From Promethearchaeia archaeon (lineage in GTDB: Archaea > Asgardarchaeota > Lokiarchaeia > Sigyniarchaeales > SOKP01), in the NCBI GenBank assembly GCA_046483985.1, contig JAWOCD010000110.1:32001-96000 (forward strand): DNA of 64,000 nt, in the 5' to 3' direction. The first letter of the stretch is position 1. Each line of letters starts with the position of its first letter. Below, in pieces: positions 20,966-30,201 of the stretch. The position numbers and the translations under genes are program-made. The notes below the pieces were generated by a model. It made no database searches. It worked only from the letters and a program-made list of their open reading frames with translations, and had not been told where the DNA came from.

Positions 20966-21720
20966 TGACGAGACATTCAGGTCAAAAAAGATTAAAACGA
21001 TTTAATACTCCAAAGTATTTCCAAATTAAGCGAAAACATGGAAAATTTACGGTGAAACCATCTTCAGGACCTCACCCCAGTAAGTTTTGTTTGCCCCTTT
21101 CACATATCCTCCGAGATATTTTGAAGATCTGTGATAGTTTTAGAGAAGCGAAAAAGCTTCTTCAATTGGGGGTAGCCAAAGTGGATGGTCGTGTGGTACG
21201 TGATGTGGCTTTTCCATTAGGGTTAATGGATGTATTAACACTTAAAGATAAATTATATTATCGTGTTCTTCCGCATTCACATTATGGATTAATTTTACAA
21301 GAAATTGACGAAGCCGCCAGCCAGTTTAAAATCTGTCGAATAAACGAGAAAACGACCGTCAAGGGCGGAAATATTCAATTAAATCTCCATGATGGAAGAA
21401 ACATTTTGATTGAAGTGAAGGATCCGGAAGAACCAAAAGAAGATGTCTATCAACGAATGGATGTTCTAAAAATATCCGTTCCGGAACAAGAAATTTTACA
21501 AACAATCAAATTACAAACAGGCGCAATTGGGCTGATCATCGATGGATTGAACATCGGGAACTTCGGCAAGATTGTGGAAATTTCCAAGCGATTTGGACCT
21601 AATGCAAGTACTGTAACTATTGAAGATGAGGAAGGAAATTTGATTCAAACTTCTTACGATTATATCTTTCCCTTAGGAACCGAAGCGCCTGAAATTGAAA
21701 TAGAAAAGGAATCTGAATAG
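20965..21720 (+). CDS. rps4e: 30S ribosomal protein S4e
   Basis: GPHP, KVDGRV, FPLGLMDV, NLHDGRN. Confidence 0.97.
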   Translation: MTRHSGQKRLKRFNTPKYFQIKRKHGKFTVKPSSGPHPSKFCLPLSHILRDILKICDSFREAKKLLQLGVAKVDGRVVRDVAFPLGLMDVLTLKDKLYYRVLPHSHYGLILQEIDEAASQFKICRINEKTTVKGGNIQLNLHDGRNILIEVKDPEEPKEDVYQRMDVLKISVPEQEILQTIKLQTGAIGLIIDGLNIGNFGKIVEISKRFGPNASTVTIEDEEGNLIQTSYDYIFPLGTEAPEIEIEKESE

Positions 21721-21745
21721 ATAAATATAAATGGTGAAATAAAGT

Positions 21746-22327
21746 ATGGCAAAAACGACTCAACAATTAAGTCCCACGGACTATGATGAAAAGTGGAAAA
21801 ATCCCATGAAACGTCCGTTTCTTGAGAAATTAGTGCTTAGTATCGGTGTCGGAGGTGGAGGGGAAGAATTAGAAAGAGCGGTTGCTGTCTTGCGTACGAT
21901 CACAGGAAAAGAACCGAAGCGTACACTTTCTAAAAAGAATGTTAAAGAATGGGATGTGAGGAAAGGTCGTCCCGTTGGCTGTAAGGTTACAGTTAGGAAC
22001 GAGGAAGCGGAGAAATTACTTAAACGCTTATTAATCGTTAATAACAATAAAATGCTCAGAGAAAGTTTTGATGACCGGGGCAACTTTGGCTTCGGGATCA
22101 AGGAACACATTTCCATCCCGGGCATAGAATATGATAATGCAATCGGGATATATGGATTAAATGTAACAGGGCGAATTGTTCGTCCAGGGATGCGTGTACA
22201 GACTCGGCGAATACGCAGAGCAAAAATCCCAAAAGATCATTATGTGTCAAGAGATGAGGCACAATACTATTTAAAGAAAAAGTTTGATATAGAAATTGTC
22301 GAAGAACTAGAATTAGATTATATTTAA
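21746..22327 (+). CDS. rpl5: 50S ribosomal protein L5 (uL5)
   Basis: NPMKRP, GCKVTVR, GNFGFGIKEHI. Confidence 0.97.
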   Translation: MAKTTQQLSPTDYDEKWKNPMKRPFLEKLVLSIGVGGGGEELERAVAVLRTITGKEPKRTLSKKNVKEWDVRKGRPVGCKVTVRNEEAEKLLKRLLIVNNNKMLRESFDDRGNFGFGIKEHISIPGIEYDNAIGIYGLNVTGRIVRPGMRVQTRRIRRAKIPKDHYVSRDEAQYYLKKKFDIEIVEELELDYI

Positions 22328-22357
22328 ATTTATTATATTAAAAAGAGGAAGATTATT

Positions 22358-22507
22358 ATTCCACAAAATAAAAAATATGGAAAAGGAACTCGAACTTGTC
22401 GGCGCTGTGGCACAAATCGCGCCATTATTCGGCGTTATGGGTTAAATATCTGCCGCAGATGTTTTAATGAGGTTGCCGAAAAAATAGGGTTCGAAAGTTT
22501 CCATTAA
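22358..22507 (+). CDS. rps14: 30S ribosomal protein S14 (uS14, Zn-binding); not in ORF track; probable ATT start
   Basis: Hand translation: (M)PQNKKYGKGTRTCRRCGTNRAIIRRYGLNICRRCFNEVAEKIGFESFH; lies between L5 and S8. Confidence 0.93.
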   Translation: MPQNKKYGKGTRTCRRCGTNRAIIRRYGLNICRRCFNEVAEKIGFESFH

Positions 22508-22528
22508 CAAAAAGGAGGTTTATTAAGA

Positions 22529-22912
22529 ATGGTTAATCCACTAGCAGACGCAATGAATATGCTTAAGAATGCCGAAGCGGCACGTAAAAAAGAAGTAATT
22601 ATTAGTCCTGCGTCCAAATTAATTCAAAGGGTCCTTAGAATTTTCCAAAAATATGCTTATATCGGGGAATTCGAAAGATATGATGATGGACGACAAGGAA
22701 AGTTTAAAGTATCCCTTTTAGGAAAAATTAATGAGTGCAAAAAGCTCCTTCGGCTAAATTATAAAGTTGATCAATTATCAAAATTAGAAAGAAAAAATTT
22801 ACCTGCCCCAGGCTTCGGCTTGGTTATAATCAGTACCAATCAAGGATTAATGACAAGCAGAGAAGCGGGAAAAAAAAATATTGGGGGAGTAGCAATAGCA
22901 TTTGTATATTAA
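22529..22912 (+). CDS. rps8: 30S ribosomal protein S8 (uS8)
   Basis: LLGKINEC, LPAPGFG, STNQGLMT. Confidence 0.97.
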   Translation: MVNPLADAMNMLKNAEAARKKEVIISPASKLIQRVLRIFQKYAYIGEFERYDDGRQGKFKVSLLGKINECKKLLRLNYKVDQLSKLERKNLPAPGFGLVIISTNQGLMTSREAGKKNIGGVAIAFVY

Positions 22913-22932
22913 TGTAGCGAGGATGATTAAAA

Positions 22933-23517
22933 ATGGTAAAAGTAGCATTTTTTAGAGAAACAATCGACATCCCTGAGGATGTAGATGTGCAAGTTGAAGA
23001 AAATAGTAAAGTTACGATTAAAGGCCCAGAAGGAGGACCGTTGGAAAAGGATTTTTCTCATGCTCGAGGCATTAAAATTTCTAAAGAGAATGATCAATTA
23101 GTATTTTCAGCCAATTTCCCGAAGGGATCTACCGTTAGCTTGGCTAATACTATCATTAATATAGTCCAAAACATCATTAAAGGGGTACAAAAATCCTACA
23201 AATATGTATGCAAGATATGTAGCTCTCACTTTCCTTTCACCGTTGAGGTTAAAGAGCGGAAAAAGGAATTACATGTTGTTAATTTTCTCGGCGAGAAAGC
23301 TCCACGTGTGATAAAATATAAACCATCGTTAATGGATGTCGAAGTAAAAGATGATGATGTTTATTTAATTGGACCCGACAAGGAACTTTTAGGCCAAGTT
23401 GCTGCAAATCTCAAGAAAATATGTCATATTAAACTAAAAGATCCCAGAATCTATCAAGATGGAGTTTATTTATTCCAAAAGAAGTTAGGAAACAAAATTT
23501 TATGGGAAATACGTTAA
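22933..23517 (+). CDS. rpl6: 50S ribosomal protein L6 (uL6)
   Basis: SHFP, NFLGEK, DPRIYQDGVY. Confidence 0.97.
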   Translation: MVKVAFFRETIDIPEDVDVQVEENSKVTIKGPEGGPLEKDFSHARGIKISKENDQLVFSANFPKGSTVSLANTIINIVQNIIKGVQKSYKYVCKICSSHFPFTVEVKERKKELHVVNFLGEKAPRVIKYKPSLMDVEVKDDDVYLIGPDKELLGQVAANLKKICHIKLKDPRIYQDGVYLFQKKLGNKILWEIR

Positions 23518-23594
23518 TAAAATTAAATAATACAAAATATTTTTAATCAGCAAACTCATCAATATTGAATTATGTTTATGAAAGAGTGTCTAAA

Positions 23595-24128
23595 ATGAGT
23601 AATGAAAAAGAAAGATTAATGAAACTTCGGAAGAAATTAAAGAAAAAGAAACCGTCGTTTAACCGGGTGGAATCGTGGCGCCATAAACGCGTTAAGGATT
23701 CCTGGAGGAAAGCGCGTGGTATCGATTCCAAAACAAGGAAAAAAACAAAATCCGGTGTCAAATCGCCTAATGTAGGCTATAGAAGCCCGAAAGCTGTGCG
23801 TGGCTTACATCCCTCTGGCTATGAAGAAGTACATGTGATTACCAAGAAAGATATTGAAGGATTGGATCCTAACAAACAAGCATTGACTCTTTCTGGGAGA
23901 TTAGGCGCCCGAAAACGTATGGATTTGATCGATTATGCCCAAAAAAGAGGCTTTAAAATTTTGAATTTGGGTGTTTCAGAAGCAGAGTTAGAAAGTATTG
24001 AGGAAATGTTGGAGACCTCTATTGAGGATATTGAAGGCTTTGAAGATTTTGATGAGGAAGAATTGGGAGGATTTGAGGAAGAAGATTTTGAAGATTTTGA
24101 TTTTGAAGATTTTGATGAGGAAATATAA
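23595..24128 (+). CDS. rpl32e: 50S ribosomal protein L32e, acidic C-tail
   Basis: WRKARGIDSK, RGLHPSG; ATG at 23595 preferred over the upstream TTG. Confidence 0.95.
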   Translation: MSNEKERLMKLRKKLKKKKPSFNRVESWRHKRVKDSWRKARGIDSKTRKKTKSGVKSPNVGYRSPKAVRGLHPSGYEEVHVITKKDIEGLDPNKQALTLSGRLGARKRMDLIDYAQKRGFKILNLGVSEAELESIEEMLETSIEDIEGFEDFDEEELGGFEEEDFEDFDFEDFDEEI

Positions 24129-24153
24129 ATACCGAAAGGAGGAATGAGAAGAA

Positions 24154-24609
24154 ATGAATTTAAAGGCTCAAAAGCGAATGGCTGCGGATATTCTCAAATG
24201 TGGGGAATCTCAAGTATACTTTGACCCGTATTTAATCGAGGATATCAAATTGGCCATCACTCGAGATGATATTCGGAGTTTAATTAAAGAGGGGGCAATT
24301 CGCAAAAGATATGAAAAGGGAATTTCAAAAAGCAGAAAGAAAAGACAACATCAACGGAAAAAAAAGGGAAGAGCTCGCGGTTTGGGAAAAAGAAAAGGCA
24401 CGAAAAAAGCCCGGACCCCGAAAAAAAAATCGTGGATTCAAAGAATTCGCCCACAAAGAAAAGAGTTAAAAAAATTACGTGATCGAAAATCCATAACACG
24501 TTCGACATATCGGGATTTATATAAGAAAGCAAAAGGTGGGATGTTTGATAGCGTCCGGCAACTTCACAAGTATATAGAGGAAAATGACTTAATGCGGAGG
24601 GGAAGATAA
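24154..24609 (+). CDS. rpl19e: 50S ribosomal protein L19e
   Basis: QKRMAADILKCG, AITRDDIR, KAKGGMF. Confidence 0.97.
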   Translation: MNLKAQKRMAADILKCGESQVYFDPYLIEDIKLAITRDDIRSLIKEGAIRKRYEKGISKSRKKRQHQRKKKGRARGLGKRKGTKKARTPKKKSWIQRIRPQRKELKKLRDRKSITRSTYRDLYKKAKGGMFDSVRQLHKYIEENDLMRRGR

Positions 24610-24611
24610 AA

Positions 24612-25205
24612 ATGGCAAAAGGACCGAGATATAGACGACCATTCCGAAGAAGGGTAGAAGGAAAAACGAACTATCATAGAAGATTAAAATTAATCAAGTC
24701 CCGAAAGCTTCGGTTAGTAATTCGGGTTTCTTCTAACCATGCAAGAGTGCAAGTAGTTAAATCAAAAATCGGAGGCGATGAGGTGCTAGTTTCAGCCTTT
24801 TCAAAAGAGCTTGTGAATGATTATGGATGGGATGCAAATACTGGAAATATTCCTGCTGCCTATTTAACGGGTTATTTGGCTGGAAAACGAGCACAAGAAG
24901 AGGGCATTGAAGAGGCAATTCTTGATTTAGGTCTTTTTTATCATCGAAATCGGGTATTAAGTGCGTTTAAAGGATTTTTAGAATCTAAAATTTTAGTTCC
25001 TTATAGAGAGGACTTTTTTCCGGATGGATTAAAAGACCAGATTGATGGCGCTCATATTCAAAATTATGCGAAAACTCTTAAAAATTCAGATAAAGAAGAA
25101 TATGAAGAAGTATTTTCAGGGTATTTACAAGAAAAAAAAATGGATCCTACTAAATTTACGAAACATTTTCAAAAAATTTTAAAAAAAATAGATAAAAACT
25201 TTTAA
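24612..25205 (+). CDS. rpl18: 50S ribosomal protein L18 (uL18)
   Basis: RRRVEGKTNY, PAAYLTG. Confidence 0.97.
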   Translation: MAKGPRYRRPFRRRVEGKTNYHRRLKLIKSRKLRLVIRVSSNHARVQVVKSKIGGDEVLVSAFSKELVNDYGWDANTGNIPAAYLTGYLAGKRAQEEGIEEAILDLGLFYHRNRVLSAFKGFLESKILVPYREDFFPDGLKDQIDGAHIQNYAKTLKNSDKEEYEEVFSGYLQEKKMDPTKFTKHFQKILKKIDKNF

Positions 25206-25217
25206 ATGTGAAATAAT

Positions 25218-25832
25218 ATGGCTAGAAAAAAGGAAAATCTTAAAAAATGGGTTCCGAAAACGAAACTCGGAGATCAAGTCAAAAATGGATTAATCACATT
25301 AGATAAAATTTACCAGAAAAATCTAATTGTGAAAGAGAAAGAAATCATTTCTATGCTTTTACCCGAACTCACAGAAGATGTCATTACAATTTCAATGGTT
25401 CAGCAAATGACTACTTCTGGCCAGAAAAGAAGATTTAAAGCAGTAGTAATTGTGGGAACTGAAGGATATTTGGGAATCGCGACTTCAAAATCTCCTGAAG
25501 TGGGACCCGCAATTCGTTCGGCGATTGATAAAGCAAAATTAAATTTAATACCAGTTAGGCGGGGCTGCGGTAGTAAAGAATGTGGGTGCGGCGGAAATCA
25601 TAGTATACCCTTCCGTATAGAAGGTAAATGCGGTTCAGTCCGTATCCATTTAATACCTGCGCCAGCTGGTGTTGGCTTAGCATGTGCTGATAAAGTTAAG
25701 CAAGTATTAAGCTTATGTGGTATCCAAGATATTTGGAGCAAGACATTCGGAGATACTCGTACGAGTGAAAATCTGGTAAAAGCCACGTTTAATGCACTTC
25801 GTAATGCACATAAATATTCCTATAATTTATGA
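25218..25832 (+). CDS. rps5: 30S ribosomal protein S5 (uS5)
   Basis: WVPKTKLG, RRGCGS, PAPAGVGL. Confidence 0.97.
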   Translation: MARKKENLKKWVPKTKLGDQVKNGLITLDKIYQKNLIVKEKEIISMLLPELTEDVITISMVQQMTTSGQKRRFKAVVIVGTEGYLGIATSKSPEVGPAIRSAIDKAKLNLIPVRRGCGSKECGCGGNHSIPFRIEGKCGSVRIHLIPAPAGVGLACADKVKQVLSLCGIQDIWSKTFGDTRTSENLVKATFNALRNAHKYSYNL

Positions 25833-25846
25833 GGTAAGTGATTGTA

Positions 25847-26371
25847 ATGGCTAAAGTTAAAAAGAAAAAAAAGTCGAAAAATTTACAAGATAATGCTCAA
25901 CTCTACTTTGTTGTGCGCATTAGAGGTGCTCCTGGTATGAGAAGGACAATCCTGGACACGCTCCAAATGTTGCGAATGCATAAGGTAAATCATGGTGTGC
26001 TTATTTGGGGCGAAAAAAGTTTTAAAGGAATGCTCCAGAAATGCAATAATTATATTACTTACGGGGAAATTGATGAAGAAACGCTTATTTCCCTCCTTAG
26101 AGAACGAGGTCGAATAATCGGAGATCGACGGTTAACTGATTCTGCCGTCGAAGATCTTATGGGATATGAAAGTATTGAAGATTTTGCAAGAGCATTATTG
26201 GATGGGGAAATTCAATATAAAGCTAATGATTTAAACAAAATCAAACCTGTATTTCGATTACATCCTCCCCGAAAAGGTTTCAAAGGTACTATAAAACGCC
26301 ATAGGAAAGAAGGTGGAGCTTTAGGATATATTGGAAAGGATATTAATCAACTTATACAACGTATGATATAA
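25847..26371 (+). CDS. rpl30: 50S ribosomal protein L30 (uL30)
   Basis: VVRIRG, YITYGE, FRLHPPRKG. Confidence 0.96.
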   Translation: MAKVKKKKKSKNLQDNAQLYFVVRIRGAPGMRRTILDTLQMLRMHKVNHGVLIWGEKSFKGMLQKCNNYITYGEIDEETLISLLRERGRIIGDRRLTDSAVEDLMGYESIEDFARALLDGEIQYKANDLNKIKPVFRLHPPRKGFKGTIKRHRKEGGALGYIGKDINQLIQRMI

Positions 26372-26375
26372 TGAG

Positions 26376-26867
26376 GTGGAAAAATTGAGAAAGCATAAGA
26401 AAAAAACAAAAAAGAAGCGAGGCTCTCGAGTTATGGGCTACGGAAGAGTTGGTCAGCATCGAAAGACTGGACAACGAGCCGGAAGAGGTAAGACGACCCA
26501 ATGGAAGAAGAGTAAAAAATCATATTATTTGAAACAGAAGGAGTTAGGTTTTCCAGATGAGGATTGGAAGGTAGGAAAGCGTGGATTTAAGCGCCCGCAA
26601 AAAGTAGTAAGGAGAAATATTACGAATATAATGAACGTCAAGGATTTAGATTTAAATCTTGAGGATTATATTGAAGAGGATGTTGCGGAGAAGTCTGGAA
26701 AAACCTATTCAATTGATTTAACTGATTTAGATATCCAAAAATTACTCGGACGGGGGAAAATTACCAAGCCCGTTAACATTAAGGTTCAAAAAGCTTCCAA
26801 AGGAGCCATTAAAAAAGTGGAGGAAGCTGGTGGTAAAGTGACCTTGCTTTCGGAATCTGAAGAATAA
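26376..26867 (+). CDS. rpl15: 50S ribosomal protein L15 (uL15)
   Basis: RGSRVMGYG, KLLGRG, AIKKVEEAGG; start may be TTG at 26385. Confidence 0.95.
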   Translation: MEKLRKHKKKTKKKRGSRVMGYGRVGQHRKTGQRAGRGKTTQWKKSKKSYYLKQKELGFPDEDWKVGKRGFKRPQKVVRRNITNIMNVKDLDLNLEDYIEEDVAEKSGKTYSIDLTDLDIQKLLGRGKITKPVNIKVQKASKGAIKKVEEAGGKVTLLSESEE

Positions 26868-27074
26868 TTCCTATTTTTATTTAATTTTCTACTTTTATTA
26901 CTATAGTCTTTTGCATAAGTTTTTTACATTTTATAATTCCAGTTTTTCTAATTTATAGTAACTTTAAATATCTACCCTTAATTCTGAAAAGAAGCGTGAT
27001 ATCTGGATATATATGATTAAAAATTATTATAGCAAAAGACTATAATACCTTTTACCCTTTTAAATCATCCATTA

Positions 27075-27791
27075 TTATAGATCAAGCATTTTATAGATAG
27101 TTTGTATTAATACGGGTAAAACAAAGATGAAGAGTAAAATATTTGCAATTAAATGAACTGTGGTAAATGAAATTCCAATTAGATATGTGGGCCAAAAGGC
27201 TTCTAATGTGCCAAAAAAGAAAAGTGCATGGATCATTGTGGTTGATATATCAAATATAAATGTTAATAATCCGCCTGTGGAGCCAAAAAGGAGTATAACC
27301 TTTAATTTATATAGATCCTTCTGGGGCTGAAAATATGGTTTATCTTTAATGAAATCCTTCATAAATCCCCCTATTAGAGCAATAGAAGCGTAATAGACAA
27401 TCTGAAATACAAGAAGCGGTAAAGGTGATGCTCCCATCGGGTTAAAAAAACAAAACAAAAAAGAACTCATCAATCCTATTACGGCTCCATCTTTTTTTCC
27501 CATAATAAATCCCGATAGAAAGAGCATTATAAAAACTAATTGAATATTGGGAATATAGATTAGTAAAAATCCCAAGACAATAATTAAAGCGGTAAAAATC
27601 GCCATTATGGTAAATCGAAAGGATTTTTTGTCTAACCACTTCGGATCACTCATTGTTTCCTTTTCTGTCTTTTTACGCGGGTATCTGACTTCCCTCTCTT
27701 CAAGGTTATAACTTGAAGTGGGGCAACCCTTCCCTTTTATCTTTTGATCCAAGGTTACACTTATTTCATTTTTATTGTTCTCTACTGTCAT
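27075..27791 (-). CDS. ECF transporter S-component (CbrT-like, possibly cobalamin)
   Basis: MAIFTALIIVLG..IPNIQLV AxxxA S-component pattern; about 6 TM. Confidence 0.75.
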   Translation of the reverse strand: MTVENNKNEISVTLDQKIKGKGCPTSSYNLEEREVRYPRKKTEKETMSDPKWLDKKSFRFTIMAIFTALIIVLGFLLIYIPNIQLVFIMLFLSGFIMGKKDGAVIGLMSSFLFCFFNPMGASPLPLLVFQIVYYASIALIGGFMKDFIKDKPYFQPQKDLYKLKVILLFGSTGGLLTFIFDISTTMIHALFFFGTLEAFWPTYLIGISFTTVHLIANILLFIFVLPVLIQTIYKMLDL

Positions 27792-28182
27792 GAGTCATCC
27801 GAGTCTAATTTTTCCTGACTATTTTAATAAATACACTTTCGTTTTTATAATATAGGATAAATTTCCTATTTGTAATGGATACAGAGATTATGTTTCCTAA
27901 AATCGATGAAAGTGATTATAATAAGATCACCCGAAATATGTTACTCAATAACAGTATATCTTTTATTATGAAGTGACATCAGTAGGGAATGAGGTGTACA
28001 ATAAGTCTCTTGAAAATGCCGGGATTCCCGTTTTTTAACATTTTATTTTTCACATTTATTTTTACACTAAATTTTTTTTATCAGCCAAAACCTAAATTTT
28101 TTATTTATTGGAAACTTTTTTCAAATAGGAAAGCTAACCTAGGATACCTTATCCTAAAAAATATTAGAAATTTGAATTAAAA

Positions 28183-28992
28183 ATGAAAAAGAAGAAATAC
28201 TGCATAATCTTAGCAATTTCGGTCTCGCTTTTATTAGGAATTAGTTTTTTCTTAGTTCCACAAGCACACGCAGAAAGCCAGGTTCCATCGGATTACTCTG
28301 AGGATTTGAGTCTAAATAAAACCTACATTTATAATGTTACTGGATTTGATTCGGTCCTTTATTTTTACGATTATCATTATAATAGTATCGCCAATGTAAG
28401 CTCAAATGATGGAGGGCAGATTTGGATCAATTTCACTGGGTTCTATGACAAAGACTCGGCAGATATGAATACATTTTCAGAGCCCGTTCCTTATCTCAAT
28501 ATATCGTTTTGGAAAAAAGAATCTAATTCTATGGTATTAAATGATACCATTTCAAATGTTTCTAGCAGCCTTGCAGGGTATGATTTAGCAATGGCGTTTA
28601 ACGATTTCAGGCCAGGTTTTCTCATTCCCACAGAGGATACCGACTCCGTAATTCAAAAAGCTGAAGATGAAGAATTGGGTTATATTAATGGAACGGTTGA
28701 GACTCAAGAATTTAAGTATTTATCCATGCTTGATATCACATTTAAAGCCAATAATACATCTCAAAATACAACTCTAATTTACGATACGGAAACAGGAATT
28801 TTAGAATATTGTGAGGTTGAGAGCACATTGGGGCCTAATTTTGGACTAGAACTGCATGAAATAAAAGATCTTGGCTACGAAGAACCCGCAATTTCCGGAT
28901 TTTCGGTAATATTCCTTCTGTTATCAATAGCAGTATGCTCTGGAATTATTTTGCTAAGATTGAGAAAGAGAAGAAAAAAATATCAATCTTAA
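28183..28992 (+). CDS. Secreted surface protein with C-terminal sorting signal (Loki-CTERM-like)
   Basis: Signal peptide ending AHA; many NxS/T sequons; ISGFS + TM + RLRKRRKK. Confidence 0.75.
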   Translation: MKKKKYCIILAISVSLLLGISFFLVPQAHAESQVPSDYSEDLSLNKTYIYNVTGFDSVLYFYDYHYNSIANVSSNDGGQIWINFTGFYDKDSADMNTFSEPVPYLNISFWKKESNSMVLNDTISNVSSSLAGYDLAMAFNDFRPGFLIPTEDTDSVIQKAEDEELGYINGTVETQEFKYLSMLDITFKANNTSQNTTLIYDTETGILEYCEVESTLGPNFGLELHEIKDLGYEEPAISGFSVIFLLLSIAVCSGIILLRLRKRRKKYQS

Positions 28993-29051
28993 AATTTTTA
29001 CATAACAAATAAACATCTATTATTTTTTTATTATTTTTTGGTTTAAAACCT

Positions 29052-29660
29052 ATGGAAAAAAGGAAAAAATATATTATAATAGCTTTTATTGGTTCTTTAT
29101 TGTTTTTGGGATTGATCCTCTATAATTTTAATGTTATTCAGATCAATCAAGATGAAAATGAAATAGAGGAAGGAGACAATGAGGATACCTCTGAAATTTA
29201 TGAACCTGAAGAGGGAAATTTCTCCGGTATAGCTTTAATCGTAGATTACAATAACGGTTCAAAAAAAGTCGAGGATGAAATCAATGTAGATTCGGGAAAT
29301 GATACTGTTTTTGATATTCTATTAGCCTATTGCGATGTCGAATACACCGAATATTCTAATGGAGAGGTCTTTATTGAGGGAATAGACGGAGTACGGAATA
29401 AAAATTCGAACAATTGGCTATATTGGGTTAACGGAGAATATGCTGAAGTTGGCGCTGCTTCATATCATGTTGAAGACGGTGATGAAATTAAATGGATTTA
29501 TGGAGATCAAAGCGATGAAAATGGCACCAGTGATAGTAATAATACAGAGATTTCGATATCTGGGTATTCAATTACGATAATTATTTCTGTGCTGTCTTTC
29601 GGTATGATTATCGGAATGTACCATTATAGAAGTGGCATGGTGGAAAATAAGAGTTTTTGA
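29052..29660 (+). CDS. DUF4430 / transcobalamin-like beta-domain surface protein
   Basis: TVFDIL, FIEGIDG, WLYWVNGEYAEVGA, DGDEIKW; C-terminal ISGYS + TM. Confidence 0.8.
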   Translation: MEKRKKYIIIAFIGSLLFLGLILYNFNVIQINQDENEIEEGDNEDTSEIYEPEEGNFSGIALIVDYNNGSKKVEDEINVDSGNDTVFDILLAYCDVEYTEYSNGEVFIEGIDGVRNKNSNNWLYWVNGEYAEVGAASYHVEDGDEIKWIYGDQSDENGTSDSNNTEISISGYSITIIISVLSFGMIIGMYHYRSGMVENKSF

Positions 29661-29698
29661 ATTTTTAAGAATTTAAAATAAGAAATTAGTAGTTTCCA

Positions 29699-30136
29699 TT
29701 ACATATCTTCTGCTTCTACTTTTTCCAAGAGCGGCTCCATTCTTTTAAATGCTTTTCTAATTTTATGGAAATAATACCCCAATTTATACCCTTTTTGACA
29801 ATTGGTAAAGAGCATGAAGTTGTTATCCTTTGCGCCTACTAAGATGATGGTATATCCTTCATTTCCTCGTATGACGATATCACGAAGTTCTCCTTGCTCG
29901 AGCCCTTCACTTATTTTTTGTCCTAAAGAAATAAGCGTTGCTGGACTTGCGCTATAGACATCAGCAACTACATCGGACGTTTCTGAACTTGCAATGCGGA
30001 GTCCTTGCTTCGACACCACTGCAGTTCCCTCTAAATCGGTACTGCTTTCTAAATCTTCGAGAGATTTCATAATCTCGATGAGGGTCTCTTTTCCTACATC
30101 AGGTTGAGAGAAATCGATTCTCTTTTTTTCTTCCAT
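29699..30136 (-). CDS. Roadblock/LC7 domain protein
   Basis: EGTAVVSKQGLRIAS, GELRDIVIRGNEGYTIIL, KLGYYF. Confidence 0.88.
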   Translation of the reverse strand: MEEKKRIDFSQPDVGKETLIEIMKSLEDLESSTDLEGTAVVSKQGLRIASSETSDVVADVYSASPATLISLGQKISEGLEQGELRDIVIRGNEGYTIILVGAKDNNFMLFTNCQKGYKLGYYFHKIRKAFKRMEPLLEKVEAEDM

Positions 30137-30201
30137 TTTTACGTCTCCTCGTACTATTATAAATATAGTTTTTAAAATTTTAAATGTTTTTTCTTGTATT
30201 T

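Noticed and set aside
27903-27935. Eukaryote-type SECIS (AUGA...AA...GA)
   Set aside because: Helix between the GA motifs is short, and there is no upstream same-strand UGA-containing gene
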